Shown here: positions 55,442-64,000 of the stretch, one piece after another | Layout of the letters: every line of letters starts with the position of its first letter | How positions within the stretch are numbered: the stretch's first letter is position 1 | Translations under genes and position numbers: made by a program | Assembly: GCA_044376115.1 (NCBI GenBank) | Contig: JBILLK010000007.1 | Location: 325,743 to 389,742 of the forward strand | DNA from: Polyangiaceae bacterium | Lineage (GTDB): Bacteria > Myxococcota_A > Polyangia > Polyangiales > Polyangiaceae | Direction: 5' to 3' | Length of the DNA stretch: 64,000 nt | Notes under the pieces: generated by a model | Told to the model about the DNA's origin: nothing | Databases searched by the model: none | The model's input: only the letters and a program-made list of their open reading frames with translations

Positions 55442-57289
55442 TCACTCCTCTTCGGAGGGCGGTGCTACGGCGCTGCCGCCAGCCGAAGCCAAGCTCTTGG
55501 GCTTGAACTCCTCGGTGATCTTGATCTCTGCGGCCGAAGCGTCGCGCAACCGCTGCACATACTCGGAGATGGCTTCCTTGCGCTTGAGGAGCCGGCGGGG
55601 CTCCAGGTACTTGTCACGCTCCGCAGCCCATTCGGCGTCGGTAGGGTTGGTCCGCTCGAGCACCACGAGCACCGCGAATCCTCCGCCACCCAAGTTGATG
55701 AGCTTATCGATCGGCTCGCCGGCCTTCGCCGTGGAGGCAAACACGGTCGCGCCTGGGGTCTCACCGAAGGCCGCGCCTTCGAAGGGTTCTTCACGCGAGG
55801 TGAAGGCTTTGCTCTTTTCGACCTTGGGTACGATCGACTCCTCGTCGAGGTCGACCAAGAAGTCGTCATCGGTGGTGGGCTCCTCTGCCTTGACCGGCTC
55901 CTTGTCGTCCTTCTTGTCGGCGGTCTTCTTGTCGCCGTCCTTCTTCTTGTCGCCCGCTTCGCCCTTTTTGGACTCTTCGTCCTTCTTGGGCTCTTCCTTC
56001 TTCGGGGGAGCCGGCTCGGGATACTTCGCCAGGTGGTCCTTCACGGCGTCGTCCAATGATTTGCCACCTTTGACCGCGGCTTGAATCTCCTTTGCTCCCT
56101 CGCTCGCCATCCGCTTGCCCTCGGCGAGCATGAACAGTTCGCGGCTGACGCGTTGTCGGATCGCCGTTTCTGCGTCCGCACCGGTGTGCTTCTTGTCCAG
56201 GCGGAGCAAATGCAGGCCCTGTTTCGTGTCGATGACGGCCGAAAGGTCCCCTTCGTTGCTCAAGGAGTAGAGAGCATCCGAGAAGGGCTTCATCTCCCCC
56301 TTCATCTCGTCCTTCATGATGCAGCCGAGGCTACCGCCGTTTTTGCGAGTGCCCCGATCTTGGCTCAGTTCGCGTGCCACATCAGCGAACTTCTCTCCGC
56401 CTTCGACTCGTTTGCGGGCCTGCTCCAGCTTTGCCTTCAGCTTCGCTTTGCGCGCCTCAGCGTCGGGGCCCGGCTTGGAAAGCAGCATGATGTGGCTGAC
56501 TTCACGGCATTCCCCGGCGAGCTCCTTCTTGCGCTCGGTGACGGCTTTTTCCACCTCGGTAGCGTTCTTGTCTGCCCAGGCCTGGACTGAAGCGGGCGCC
56601 AAATCGATTGCCCGATCTACATAAAACGCCGGACGAATCCTGGTGAAGGCGACCTTGGCGGTGCTGTAGTCCGCCAGGAACTCCGACTTCGCTTCGGCCT
56701 CCGAGACCTGAACGCGCGCGAGGATCAACAATCGCATGCGGTCTGCGATCAACTCTTGCCGTTGGAACTCGCGAAAGTCCGGCTCCAACATCCCCGTCAG
56801 GTCGCCGACCAGCTTCTTGTACTTCTCAGCGCTGAACGCCTTGGTTTTCGGGTCTTGAAGGCCTTGCGAGACGTCCAAGAAGCCGCCGTGGCCGATGCCG
56901 GTGGGAATAAAGCGACGCTGCTCCAGCGGTAGCCCAGCCGGGACCGAGAAGCGGAACCGACCGGCGCGTAGCTCACGCGTAACGGCTTCATCGCTGACCG
57001 AAAGCCCGAACTTCTTGGCTTCGATCAGCAGGAACTCACGCTCGATGAGACCGTCCATCGTCTTCTTGGAGAGGTCTAGCTTCTGGCCGGTTTCACTATC
57101 GACCATGCGACTCATCAAGCGCAGCGAGGCCCTGTAGTGGGTGGTCTTGACGCAGTTGCCAAGTACCTCCACCGCGCAACTCGGATCAGACTGGACGGAC
57201 TGACCGCCTCCAGGTCCGAAGCTCGTGACGAAGACAACGGCAATGGCGATAACGGCGAGCGCGCCGATGAACGATGTAACGCGATTCAC
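55442..57289 (-). CDS. PpiD/SurA-like membrane-anchored parvulin PPIase/chaperone
   Basis: N-terminal TM, SurA_N-like segment LIEREFLLIEAKKFGL.VSD, rotamase SHIM..FADVARELSQD..GGSLG..GLHLLRL. Confidence 0.85.
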   Translation of the reverse strand: MNRVTSFIGALAVIAIAVVFVTSFGPGGGQSVQSDPSCAVEVLGNCVKTTHYRASLRLMSRMVDSETGQKLDLSKKTMDGLIEREFLLIEAKKFGLSVSDEAVTRELRAGRFRFSVPAGLPLEQRRFIPTGIGHGGFLDVSQGLQDPKTKAFSAEKYKKLVGDLTGMLEPDFREFQRQELIADRMRLLILARVQVSEAEAKSEFLADYSTAKVAFTRIRPAFYVDRAIDLAPASVQAWADKNATEVEKAVTERKKELAGECREVSHIMLLSKPGPDAEARKAKLKAKLEQARKRVEGGEKFADVARELSQDRGTRKNGGSLGCIMKDEMKGEMKPFSDALYSLSNEGDLSAVIDTKQGLHLLRLDKKHTGADAETAIRQRVSRELFMLAEGKRMASEGAKEIQAAVKGGKSLDDAVKDHLAKYPEPAPPKKEEPKKDEESKKGEAGDKKKDGDKKTADKKDDKEPVKAEEPTTDDDFLVDLDEESIVPKVEKSKAFTSREEPFEGAAFGETPGATVFASTAKAGEPIDKLINLGGGGFAVLVVLERTNPTDAEWAAERDKYLEPRRLLKRKEAISEYVQRLRDASAAEIKITEEFKPKSLASAGGSAVAPPSEEE

Positions 57290-57380
57290 GGATTCTCCAG
57301 GGACCCAGACGGGATCGGGGGCGCGTCACTTACCACTGTTTTCGTCCAACCGCAGTCCTCTTTGCTATGCTCAAAAAAGC

Positions 57381-57713
57381 GTGACTAGGCGAAGCTTGAT
57401 TCCCTCTCCGGAAAACTATTCTGGAACTCCCTCCCGCCGAGGCGGCGACCGGCGCGAGACCAATGACCGTGTGACCTTTATTGTGGGTACACGGCGTCTC
57501 GAGGGTTGGGCGCTCAATGAATCCAGCGGTGGGCTGCGCGCCATCGTGGATGAGGGGCTGAACCTCGGGGACGAGGCGCTGGTTGAGATTGGTGAAAAGG
57601 CGCCCCGTGCAGGTCGAGTGGTTTGGATCCAGGAGGAGCCCGACGGAGCAATTGTTGGCTTTTCCTTCGAGGATTCGGAGGGGTCGGTCCCGCCTCCGCC
57701 CCCGAACGGCTAG
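57381..57713 (+). CDS. Single-domain PilZ (c-di-GMP-binding) protein
   Basis: RRGGDRR (RxxxR), NESSGG (NxSxxG), GRVVW, GFSF. Start uncertain. Confidence 0.8.
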   Translation: MTRRSLIPSPENYSGTPSRRGGDRRETNDRVTFIVGTRRLEGWALNESSGGLRAIVDEGLNLGDEALVEIGEKAPRAGRVVWIQEEPDGAIVGFSFEDSEGSVPPPPPNG

Positions 57714-57731
57714 CGCATCGGCAGCGCTCGC

Positions 57732-59738
57732 GTGATAGAGCCGGGCGAGAGGAAGCTGGATGCCGAGGTTGAGCATCTTTTAGGCGAGCACGGCCCGTTT
57801 GCCGCCTCGAAGCGCTTGCGCGTACGCACGGGGCAAGTTGCCATGGCAGGCGCGGTTGCTCGGACCTTGATGGGCGACTCGATCCTATTGTGCGAGGCCG
57901 GCACCGGCACCGGCAAGACGCTCGCTTACCTGCTACCGGCCGTACTTTCAGGGCAACGCGTCATCCTGTCCACGGCGACCAAGGCGCTGGAGGACCAGAT
58001 CCTCGAACGCGAGGTGCCCCTGGTCGAGCAGGTCTTGGGCCTCAAGGCCTCGATCCACGTGGCTAAGGGGCTTTCCAACTACCTCTGTCGACGTCGCTTG
58101 GCCGAGCTCGAGGCTGCGGTCCTACGGCAACAGCCAACCACCCGCGAAGTGCGTCGGGCGCTGCCGATGATTCGCGACTGGGTGACGAACACCCGCACCG
58201 GTGATCGGGCTGAGATGGGCGAACTATCGGAGGAGGATCCGATTTGGGCGCAGGTGCTGGCCTCGCGCGAGTCGAGGATCGGCGCCGGTTGCAGCTACTT
58301 CGACGATTGTTTCGTCACGCGGCTCAAAGAGGAGCTGGCTCAAGCTCGCATCGTGATCGTCAATCACCACCTCTTCTTCGCGGATTTGGCGCTCAAGTCA
58401 CGCGCTGGGCCGGCCGGCTTTCAGCGCGCCGGCGTGTTGCCACCGTACGACGCCGTAATCTTCGATGAGGCGCACCGGATCGAAGATGTGGCCAGCCTAT
58501 TCTTCGGAGCTCGCGTCAACTCCTCGCGGCTACTCGTGCTTGCGCGAGACACGCGCGCCGCGTGGGTCGCGGAAGGGATGCCCGGTGCGAACGGACTGCT
58601 CGAGGATTTGCTACTCTGCCACCGGGCCTTCGTCGACGTTACGCGGCGCTATTGCCCCGATGAAGGCAAGACGTTGCTCGAGGCCGAGGTGCGCGAAGGG
58701 CCCTTCTTGCGCGCTATCGAAAGTCTCGTCGATGCGGTGATCGCGCTCGAGAACTTCCTCGAGTCGAACGCCGTATCGGCGCGCCTCGACGCCCTGGTTA
58801 GGCGCACCACCGAGCTGCGTAGCGACCTTGAGGAGCTGTGCGCGCCACGCTCGGGGAGCGTGGTTTACGCCGAACGCACGGCCGACGAGGTCAGCGTTTC
58901 CACGCGCGCCGTCGACGTGGGGCCGATCCTCGCGGAGCAGCTCCATCGCCGCTCCGGGGCTCTCGTCTTCGCTTCGGCGACCCTGCGCACCTCCACCGCA
59001 GCCAGCGCCGGCTCGGAGTTTGCGTTCTTTCGAGCGCGCGTCGGGGTGAGCGACGTCACCGACGTCCCGGTCGAAGAGATCGCCATCGCTTCTCCGTTCG
59101 ATTTTGACCGACAAACACTGCTCTACGTGCCGCGCGATCTGCCCGCCGTCCAAACCGCCGAGTTCGCCGATGCAGCGATTGAGCGCACCGCGGAGCTCGT
59201 GCTCGCCTCGGGCGGTGGTGCGCTGATCCTCACCACCAGCGTGCGTATGATGACGACGCTTGGGCGCGGTCTCGCACGCGGTCAGCGCCGCCCCGTCTTG
59301 GTGCAAGGCGAAGCCCCGAAGGCCGCCTTGCTCGAAGAGTTCCGTTCTCGGGAAGACGGCATCCTGGTCGCGACGATGGGCTTCTGGGAGGGCGTCGATA
59401 TCCCGGGCAGGGCGCTGCGTTTGGTGGTGATCGATCGGCTGCCGTTCGCCGTACCCAACGACGCTATGGTGCAGGCGCGCTCGCGGCGTCTGGAGCAAGA
59501 AGGCCACGACCCGTTCTCGAGCTACGCGGTTCCGGAGGCTTTGATTACGCTGAAACAGGGGGTGGGCCGGCTGATTCGCACCGAGACCGACTTCGGCGTG
59601 GTTGCGGTGCTGGATCGTCGATTGATCGAGAAGGGCTACGGAAAGCGCATGTTGCGCAACCTGCCGATGCAACGGCTCACCCACGATCTCGCCGCCGTTC
59701 AGGCCTTCTTCCAAGCGCGAGCGACCGAGCCGGCCTAA
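57732..59738 (+). CDS. DinG/YoaA-family Fe-S ATP-dependent DNA helicase
   Basis: EAGTGTGKT, KGLSNYLC, VNHHL, DEAH, SATL, SPF, FWEGVD, RLPF, QGVGRLIR. Confidence 0.94.
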   Translation: MIEPGERKLDAEVEHLLGEHGPFAASKRLRVRTGQVAMAGAVARTLMGDSILLCEAGTGTGKTLAYLLPAVLSGQRVILSTATKALEDQILEREVPLVEQVLGLKASIHVAKGLSNYLCRRRLAELEAAVLRQQPTTREVRRALPMIRDWVTNTRTGDRAEMGELSEEDPIWAQVLASRESRIGAGCSYFDDCFVTRLKEELAQARIVIVNHHLFFADLALKSRAGPAGFQRAGVLPPYDAVIFDEAHRIEDVASLFFGARVNSSRLLVLARDTRAAWVAEGMPGANGLLEDLLLCHRAFVDVTRRYCPDEGKTLLEAEVREGPFLRAIESLVDAVIALENFLESNAVSARLDALVRRTTELRSDLEELCAPRSGSVVYAERTADEVSVSTRAVDVGPILAEQLHRRSGALVFASATLRTSTAASAGSEFAFFRARVGVSDVTDVPVEEIAIASPFDFDRQTLLYVPRDLPAVQTAEFADAAIERTAELVLASGGGALILTTSVRMMTTLGRGLARGQRRPVLVQGEAPKAALLEEFRSREDGILVATMGFWEGVDIPGRALRLVVIDRLPFAVPNDAMVQARSRRLEQEGHDPFSSYAVPEALITLKQGVGRLIRTETDFGVVAVLDRRLIEKGYGKRMLRNLPMQRLTHDLAAVQAFFQARATEPA

Positions 59739-59803
59739 CGCCAGCGTAAGAACTAACGTAACGTTGCTCTTGGTCCTTGGCGTCGTGCTAAAGACGGCGG
59801 GCC

Positions 59804-62638
59804 ATGTCTACCGCGCCCCATCCGTACGACGCGTTCTTGAAGAACCTGCTCAAGCCTGCTCGCTACGCGGGCGGGGAGCTCGGCGAGGTGCGCAAAGAGT
59901 GGACGCCTGAAGTCGCCAAGGTCTGCCTGGCCTTCCCGGACGTCTACGACATCGGCATGAGCCATCTCGGCTTCAAGATTCTGTACAAGATCTTGAACGA
60001 CGATCCTCGAACCTTGGCGGAGCGTTGTTACGCCCCGTGGGGCGATCTCGAGCTCGAGCTCCGCAACCGCAAGCTGCCTTTGGTCTCGCTCGAGTCAAAG
60101 CGACCGCTGCGTGACTTCGACGTAGTTGGCTTCTCGCTCCAGTACGAGCTGACGTACACCAACATTCTGAACATGCTCGAGCTGGGGGGCATCCCGGTTC
60201 GCTCCAAAGACCGGACCGACGAGCATCCGGTGGTCTTGGCGGGCGGTCCGGTTGCAACGCATCCGGAGCCGATTTCGCCGTTCATCGACGCGTTGGTGAT
60301 CGGGGACGGGGAGGAGAAGGCCACCGAGATTGCGCTCTTGTGGAAGCAGCTGTCGCTAGCGGGCGTGCCGCGCGCCGAGCGTTTGCGAGCGCTCGCCAAG
60401 CTCGACGCGGTGTACGTGCCGTCGCTCTACGAGACCGAGTGGGAAGACCGCTCTCAGCTCAACGTCGTGCGTCGTCCGAGCGATCCGTCGCTGCCGTTCC
60501 CGGTGCGCAAAGCGATGATCGATCTGGCGAAGTTTCCCTTCCCCGACGTGAGCCCGACCGGCGGTCCCGAGGCCATCTTCGACCGCATGTCGATCGAGAT
60601 CGCGCGCGGCTGCACCGAGGGTTGTCGTTTCTGTCAGGCCGGCATGATTTACCGCCCGGTGCGCGAGCGTGACCCTCAGGAGATCGTCGATACCGTAGTG
60701 TCAGCGATCGAGAAGTCCGGCCAAGACGAAGTCTCGCTCACGGCGTTATCTACCGCGGACGTTTCCTGCATCTCGCCCCTGGTGAAGAAGGTGAACGAGG
60801 AGCTGAAGAAGCGTCGCGTCTCGCTCGGCGTCTCCTCTTTGCGCGCGTACGGCCTACCCACGGATCTGCTCGATGAGCTGAAGACGGTGCGGGCAACTGG
60901 GCTCACCTTCGCGCCGGAGGCCGGCACCCAGCGCATGCGCGACGTGATCAACAAGAACGTCACCGAGGAACAGCTGATGGAGACCGCTGAGCGCGTGTTC
61001 TCGCGCGGCTGGAGCAAGATGAAGCTGTACTTCATCTGCGGTCTTCCGACCGAGACCGAGGAGGACGTCCGCGGCATCGTGCAGACGGGGGCTCGCGCGC
61101 TATTCACCGGCCGCAAGGTGATGCGCGGAGGGCGCTCGCTCGAGGTCACGGTCAGCGTCTCGGTGCACGTTCCCAAGCCCCATACGCCCTTTCAATGGTG
61201 TGCGATGGACGATCTCGAGACCGTCAATCTGAAGCAGAGCTGGTTGCGCGAGGAGGCTCGCAAGGTGCGCGGAGTTCGGCTCAAGACGCACGATGCCTAC
61301 GCTAGCGTGATTGAAGGTGCCTTTGCCCGTGGGGATCGCCGCTTGGGTGAGGTACTGTTCGACGCCTTCCAGAACGGCGCGCGCTTCGATTCCTGGGATG
61401 ATCAGCTCAAGCTCGAGGTCTGGGCCGACGCCTTCGCCAAACACGGTCTCACACCCGAGCAGTTCCTCGGCACCTTGCCGCTCGCTGCACGCCTGCCTTG
61501 GGATCACATCGACGTCGGCTTGGAAGATGGCTTCCTTGCCACCGAATACAAGAAGGCGTTGCAAAGCCGCCTGAGCCCGCCGTGCGGGAAGGTCGCCGGG
61601 ACCTTCATTCACCCGACCAACGTCGAAGAGTCGCTGGCGGAGAAGCGCCGCTTGGTCTGTTACGACTGCGGCATCGCCTGCGATTTGACTGCGATGAAGA
61701 GCGAGCGCATCAGCTTCTTGGCGCGGCTCGGAGCGAACTCACCACCGGTGCGTCGCTTGCCGGTGGTGCTCGATGAAGCCGAGCCGAGCGAGCCCGAGAA
61801 AGCGCCGAGCAAGTTCACCGGACCGCCGGCCTCGGCGCGTCCGATTCTTCCTTCATTCCGCTATCGCCTGTGGTTCGAGAAGACCGATTCGGTAGCGCTC
61901 GTCAGCCACCTGGATCTGATTCGCGAGATCCCGCGGGTGATGCGACGCGGCCGGGTGGATCTGGCCTACACACGGGGCTTCCACCCCAAGCCGGACATGG
62001 TGTTCGCACCGGCTCTCGCGCTGGGTATTCCGAGCTTCGCCGAAGCGATCGATCTCAAGCTCAATCAGGTGCTCAGCGATGAAGAGCTGGCGACGTTGGC
62101 TGAGCGGCTGAGCGCGGTATCACCGCGTGGCTTGGTGTTCACCAAAGCCGAGCGGCTATTCCCCGGTGACCTTCCGATTTCGACCCGCGTGGTTGGGGCT
62201 CGCTACGCTGTTTCGGTCGCGCATGCTGCGGCGGGCGGTGAAGCTGCCGAGTCATGGGCCGCGGCGCACGTCGAACGGCTGTGGGCGGCTGCGAGCGCGG
62301 TGGTTCGGCGTGAGGCAGGCGGCCTGGCCAAGAACGTCGATGTGCGGGCCTTCCTCGACAGCTTGCGTATGGCCAATGAGGAGGAGCGAGCCACGCTCGC
62401 GCGCACCGGCTTTGGTCCGGCGGCGATCGTGGTGGCCGACATTCGAGTGACCCCGAACGGGAGCGCACGTCCGCTCGAGCTTCGTGACGTCCTCTTTCCC
62501 GATCTCGAGGGAGAGGAGCACGTACGTTACGCACGCCTGCAGCTGCTGCTCTCGGATCCGTCAGCGCCGCAGGCTGCGATCGAGGTGCCTGAAGCAAGGC
62601 CGGAACCGTCCTCGACGTTGCAGGCCATTCAGGCGTGA
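59804..62638 (+). CDS. Radical SAM protein (TIGR03960-like) fused to a TIGR03936/DUF2344-like domain
   Basis: KPARYAGGE, FPDVYDIGMSHLG, RGCTEGCRFCQAG, TFAPEAG, SHLDL..GFHPKP. Confidence 0.9.
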   Translation: MSTAPHPYDAFLKNLLKPARYAGGELGEVRKEWTPEVAKVCLAFPDVYDIGMSHLGFKILYKILNDDPRTLAERCYAPWGDLELELRNRKLPLVSLESKRPLRDFDVVGFSLQYELTYTNILNMLELGGIPVRSKDRTDEHPVVLAGGPVATHPEPISPFIDALVIGDGEEKATEIALLWKQLSLAGVPRAERLRALAKLDAVYVPSLYETEWEDRSQLNVVRRPSDPSLPFPVRKAMIDLAKFPFPDVSPTGGPEAIFDRMSIEIARGCTEGCRFCQAGMIYRPVRERDPQEIVDTVVSAIEKSGQDEVSLTALSTADVSCISPLVKKVNEELKKRRVSLGVSSLRAYGLPTDLLDELKTVRATGLTFAPEAGTQRMRDVINKNVTEEQLMETAERVFSRGWSKMKLYFICGLPTETEEDVRGIVQTGARALFTGRKVMRGGRSLEVTVSVSVHVPKPHTPFQWCAMDDLETVNLKQSWLREEARKVRGVRLKTHDAYASVIEGAFARGDRRLGEVLFDAFQNGARFDSWDDQLKLEVWADAFAKHGLTPEQFLGTLPLAARLPWDHIDVGLEDGFLATEYKKALQSRLSPPCGKVAGTFIHPTNVEESLAEKRRLVCYDCGIACDLTAMKSERISFLARLGANSPPVRRLPVVLDEAEPSEPEKAPSKFTGPPASARPILPSFRYRLWFEKTDSVALVSHLDLIREIPRVMRRGRVDLAYTRGFHPKPDMVFAPALALGIPSFAEAIDLKLNQVLSDEELATLAERLSAVSPRGLVFTKAERLFPGDLPISTRVVGARYAVSVAHAAAGGEAAESWAAAHVERLWAAASAVVRREAGGLAKNVDVRAFLDSLRMANEEERATLARTGFGPAAIVVADIRVTPNGSARPLELRDVLFPDLEGEEHVRYARLQLLLSDPSAPQAAIEVPEARPEPSSTLQAIQA

Positions 62639-63285
62639 GCGGTGAACGCGCCAAGCCTGAGGTGGCCGCCCTGCTTGGTGCGCTGGTCGTGCACGACGTG
62701 GCCAACCTGCTCGCGGTCGCTGATTCCTCCGCGTTCCTGATTTCGCGGGCGCCGGAAGACGTCGAAGCCGTGCGTCGCCACACCGCGCGTGTGCGCGAGA
62801 AGTTGCAGCTGGCCAAGTCGCTTTGTGTACGCTGTCTCGCTGTCGCTCGTGGTGAGCCGGCGCTCAAACTCGAGCACGCGTTGGTTACCACCGCACGGCG
62901 AGCTTGGGATTCTGCCGAGGCCGAGGGGCGCTGCCGGCTGAACCTCGAGGTCGCGCAGGAGGCGCAAGTTTATGCTGAGCCGCTGCTCCTCGAAGCGGTG
63001 CTGATGAACCTGATGCGCAACGCGGTGGAGGCCGGGGCCAAGTCGATGCGCCTCGTTTTGCAGCAAAGCGAAGAGACGTCGCTGATCGAGCTGTTCGACG
63101 ATGGCGCCGGCTTTGAACGGGAGCCCGAACCGCTGCGAAGCGGCAAGAGTGAGGGACACGGCTTTGGCCTCGCTGCCTCGCGGGCCATCGTTGAGCTTCA
63201 CGGCGGGGAGCTAGGCTTGGAGCGGCTCGAGCGCGAGACGCGGGCCTTCATTGCGCTGCCCGCCGTTCTCCGAACGTCGGGCTAA
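62635..63285 (+). CDS. Sensor-less histidine kinase (HisKA-HATPase)
   Basis: VHDVANLL (H box), NLMRNA (N box), DDGAG, GHGFGL, HGG. Confidence 0.85.
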   Translation: MSGERAKPEVAALLGALVVHDVANLLAVADSSAFLISRAPEDVEAVRRHTARVREKLQLAKSLCVRCLAVARGEPALKLEHALVTTARRAWDSAEAEGRCRLNLEVAQEAQVYAEPLLLEAVLMNLMRNAVEAGAKSMRLVLQQSEETSLIELFDDGAGFEREPEPLRSGKSEGHGFGLAASRAIVELHGGELGLERLERETRAFIALPAVLRTSG

Positions 63286-63866
63286 GCGAAGACTTCGGAC
63301 GAGCTCTCGCCGTGTTGGTCCTTCACGGCGTAGCTCAGCGAGAGCACCTCGATCAGGACGGCGCGGTAGATCTTGTGCACCTCGTCGACGTCCACTTCGT
63401 CGGCGTGAGCCTCGAGCGCCGCCTCTACGTGATCTTGGATGTAGGCGAGCAGATGCGGCTGCTCCATCGCGACGACGTCGTCGCTCTCAACCACTTCCGC
63501 AGCGTCTGCCATGCGCAGCTCTTCGTCGAGGCCCAGCGCCTGCTCGACGCTCTCGACGTTCAGTTCGCTGACCTTGTCGATGGCGTCGCCGAAGGCACGC
63601 TCGAAGGCGAGGAACACCGCCAGGATCAGGAAGTAACCAAAGCCCAGCGCCGGCTCATTCTTGGTGCGCGTGAGCGCCTGTTCGAGATGGGCGAAGAGCG
63701 CTGGCTGACGCTGCTCAAAGCGCTCTAGCGCTTCATCGAAAACATGGGAGGTCGTGTTGTCTCCGTCGAGCTCACGGCTGATCTCAAGCTCTAGCCGCTC
63801 CAGCACGAACTCGCTTACCCGTGCGAACGGAGGAACGGGACGAATGGCCGCGCGACGTACCCACAC
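63282..63866 (-). CDS. Acidic hypothetical protein
   Basis: Coherent ORF. Probable start GTG 63866 (MWVRRAAIRPVP), preceded by TAGGCT 7 nt upstream. Confidence 0.78.
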   Translation of the reverse strand: MWVRRAAIRPVPPFARVSEFVLERLELEISRELDGDNTTSHVFDEALERFEQRQPALFAHLEQALTRTKNEPALGFGYFLILAVFLAFERAFGDAIDKVSELNVESVEQALGLDEELRMADAAEVVESDDVVAMEQPHLLAYIQDHVEAALEAHADEVDVDEVHKIYRAVLIEVLSLSYAVKDQHGESSSEVFA

Positions 63867-64000
63867 GCTGGGGAGCCTACTTGGCCTTCGCCCCGTGGGA
63901 AGCACATTCAACCGAAGGTTGATGCAGCAGACAGAATGACTCGTGCCCTCTTCGGAAAAAATGGCCGAAGGCCCGAGTGAACGATCGACTTGGCACGAGT

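Noticed and set aside
55860..56010. Lys/Asp/Glu-rich repetitive stretch in the PpiD-like gene
   Set aside because: In-frame low-complexity linker with no sign of a separate element.

Overview
This is a high-GC, gene-dense chromosomal segment. Gene content (eukaryote-like Ser/Thr kinases, Gly/Cys-rich lipoproteins, ferritin-like lipoprotein, VKOR-DsbA fusion) points to a myxobacterium (Myxococcota, probably Polyangiaceae-like); this is inference. No rRNA, tRNA, CRISPR array or intact mobile element was recognised. In order the window holds: (1) a translationally coupled operon of an active membrane Ser/Thr kinase, a pseudokinase-TM-pentaheme cytochrome c fusion, and a tandem cNMP-binding/4Fe-4S ferredoxin protein cut by the window start; (2) a surface-glycan modification cluster; (3) an esterase, an FGE-domain protein, a histidine-kinase remnant and a sigma28-like factor; (4) VKOR-DsbA, OmpA-like and Tat flavoprotein genes; (5) a cheR-cheA-cheW-cheB-mcp-mcp chemosensory operon with no cheY; (6) a DUF4350-MoxR-DUF58-rsmA operon, rpsP-khpA and a catalytically degenerate L,D-transpeptidase; (7) a carotenoid cluster (GT, crtC, crtD / crtE, crtU-like) with a CarH-like operator; (8) sahR-ahcY; (9) a PP2C-kinase-nicotinamidase-vWA operon under twin NrtR-like boxes; (10) GSDH, PpiD-like, PilZ, DinG, TIGR03960-like radical SAM and an orphan histidine kinase. 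The best candidates for an undescribed system are the kinase/pseudokinase-multiheme/cNMP-ferredoxin operon (1-5630) and the NAD-linked TerY-P-like operon (49731-54038). All calls come from reading motifs by eye; no database searches were run.
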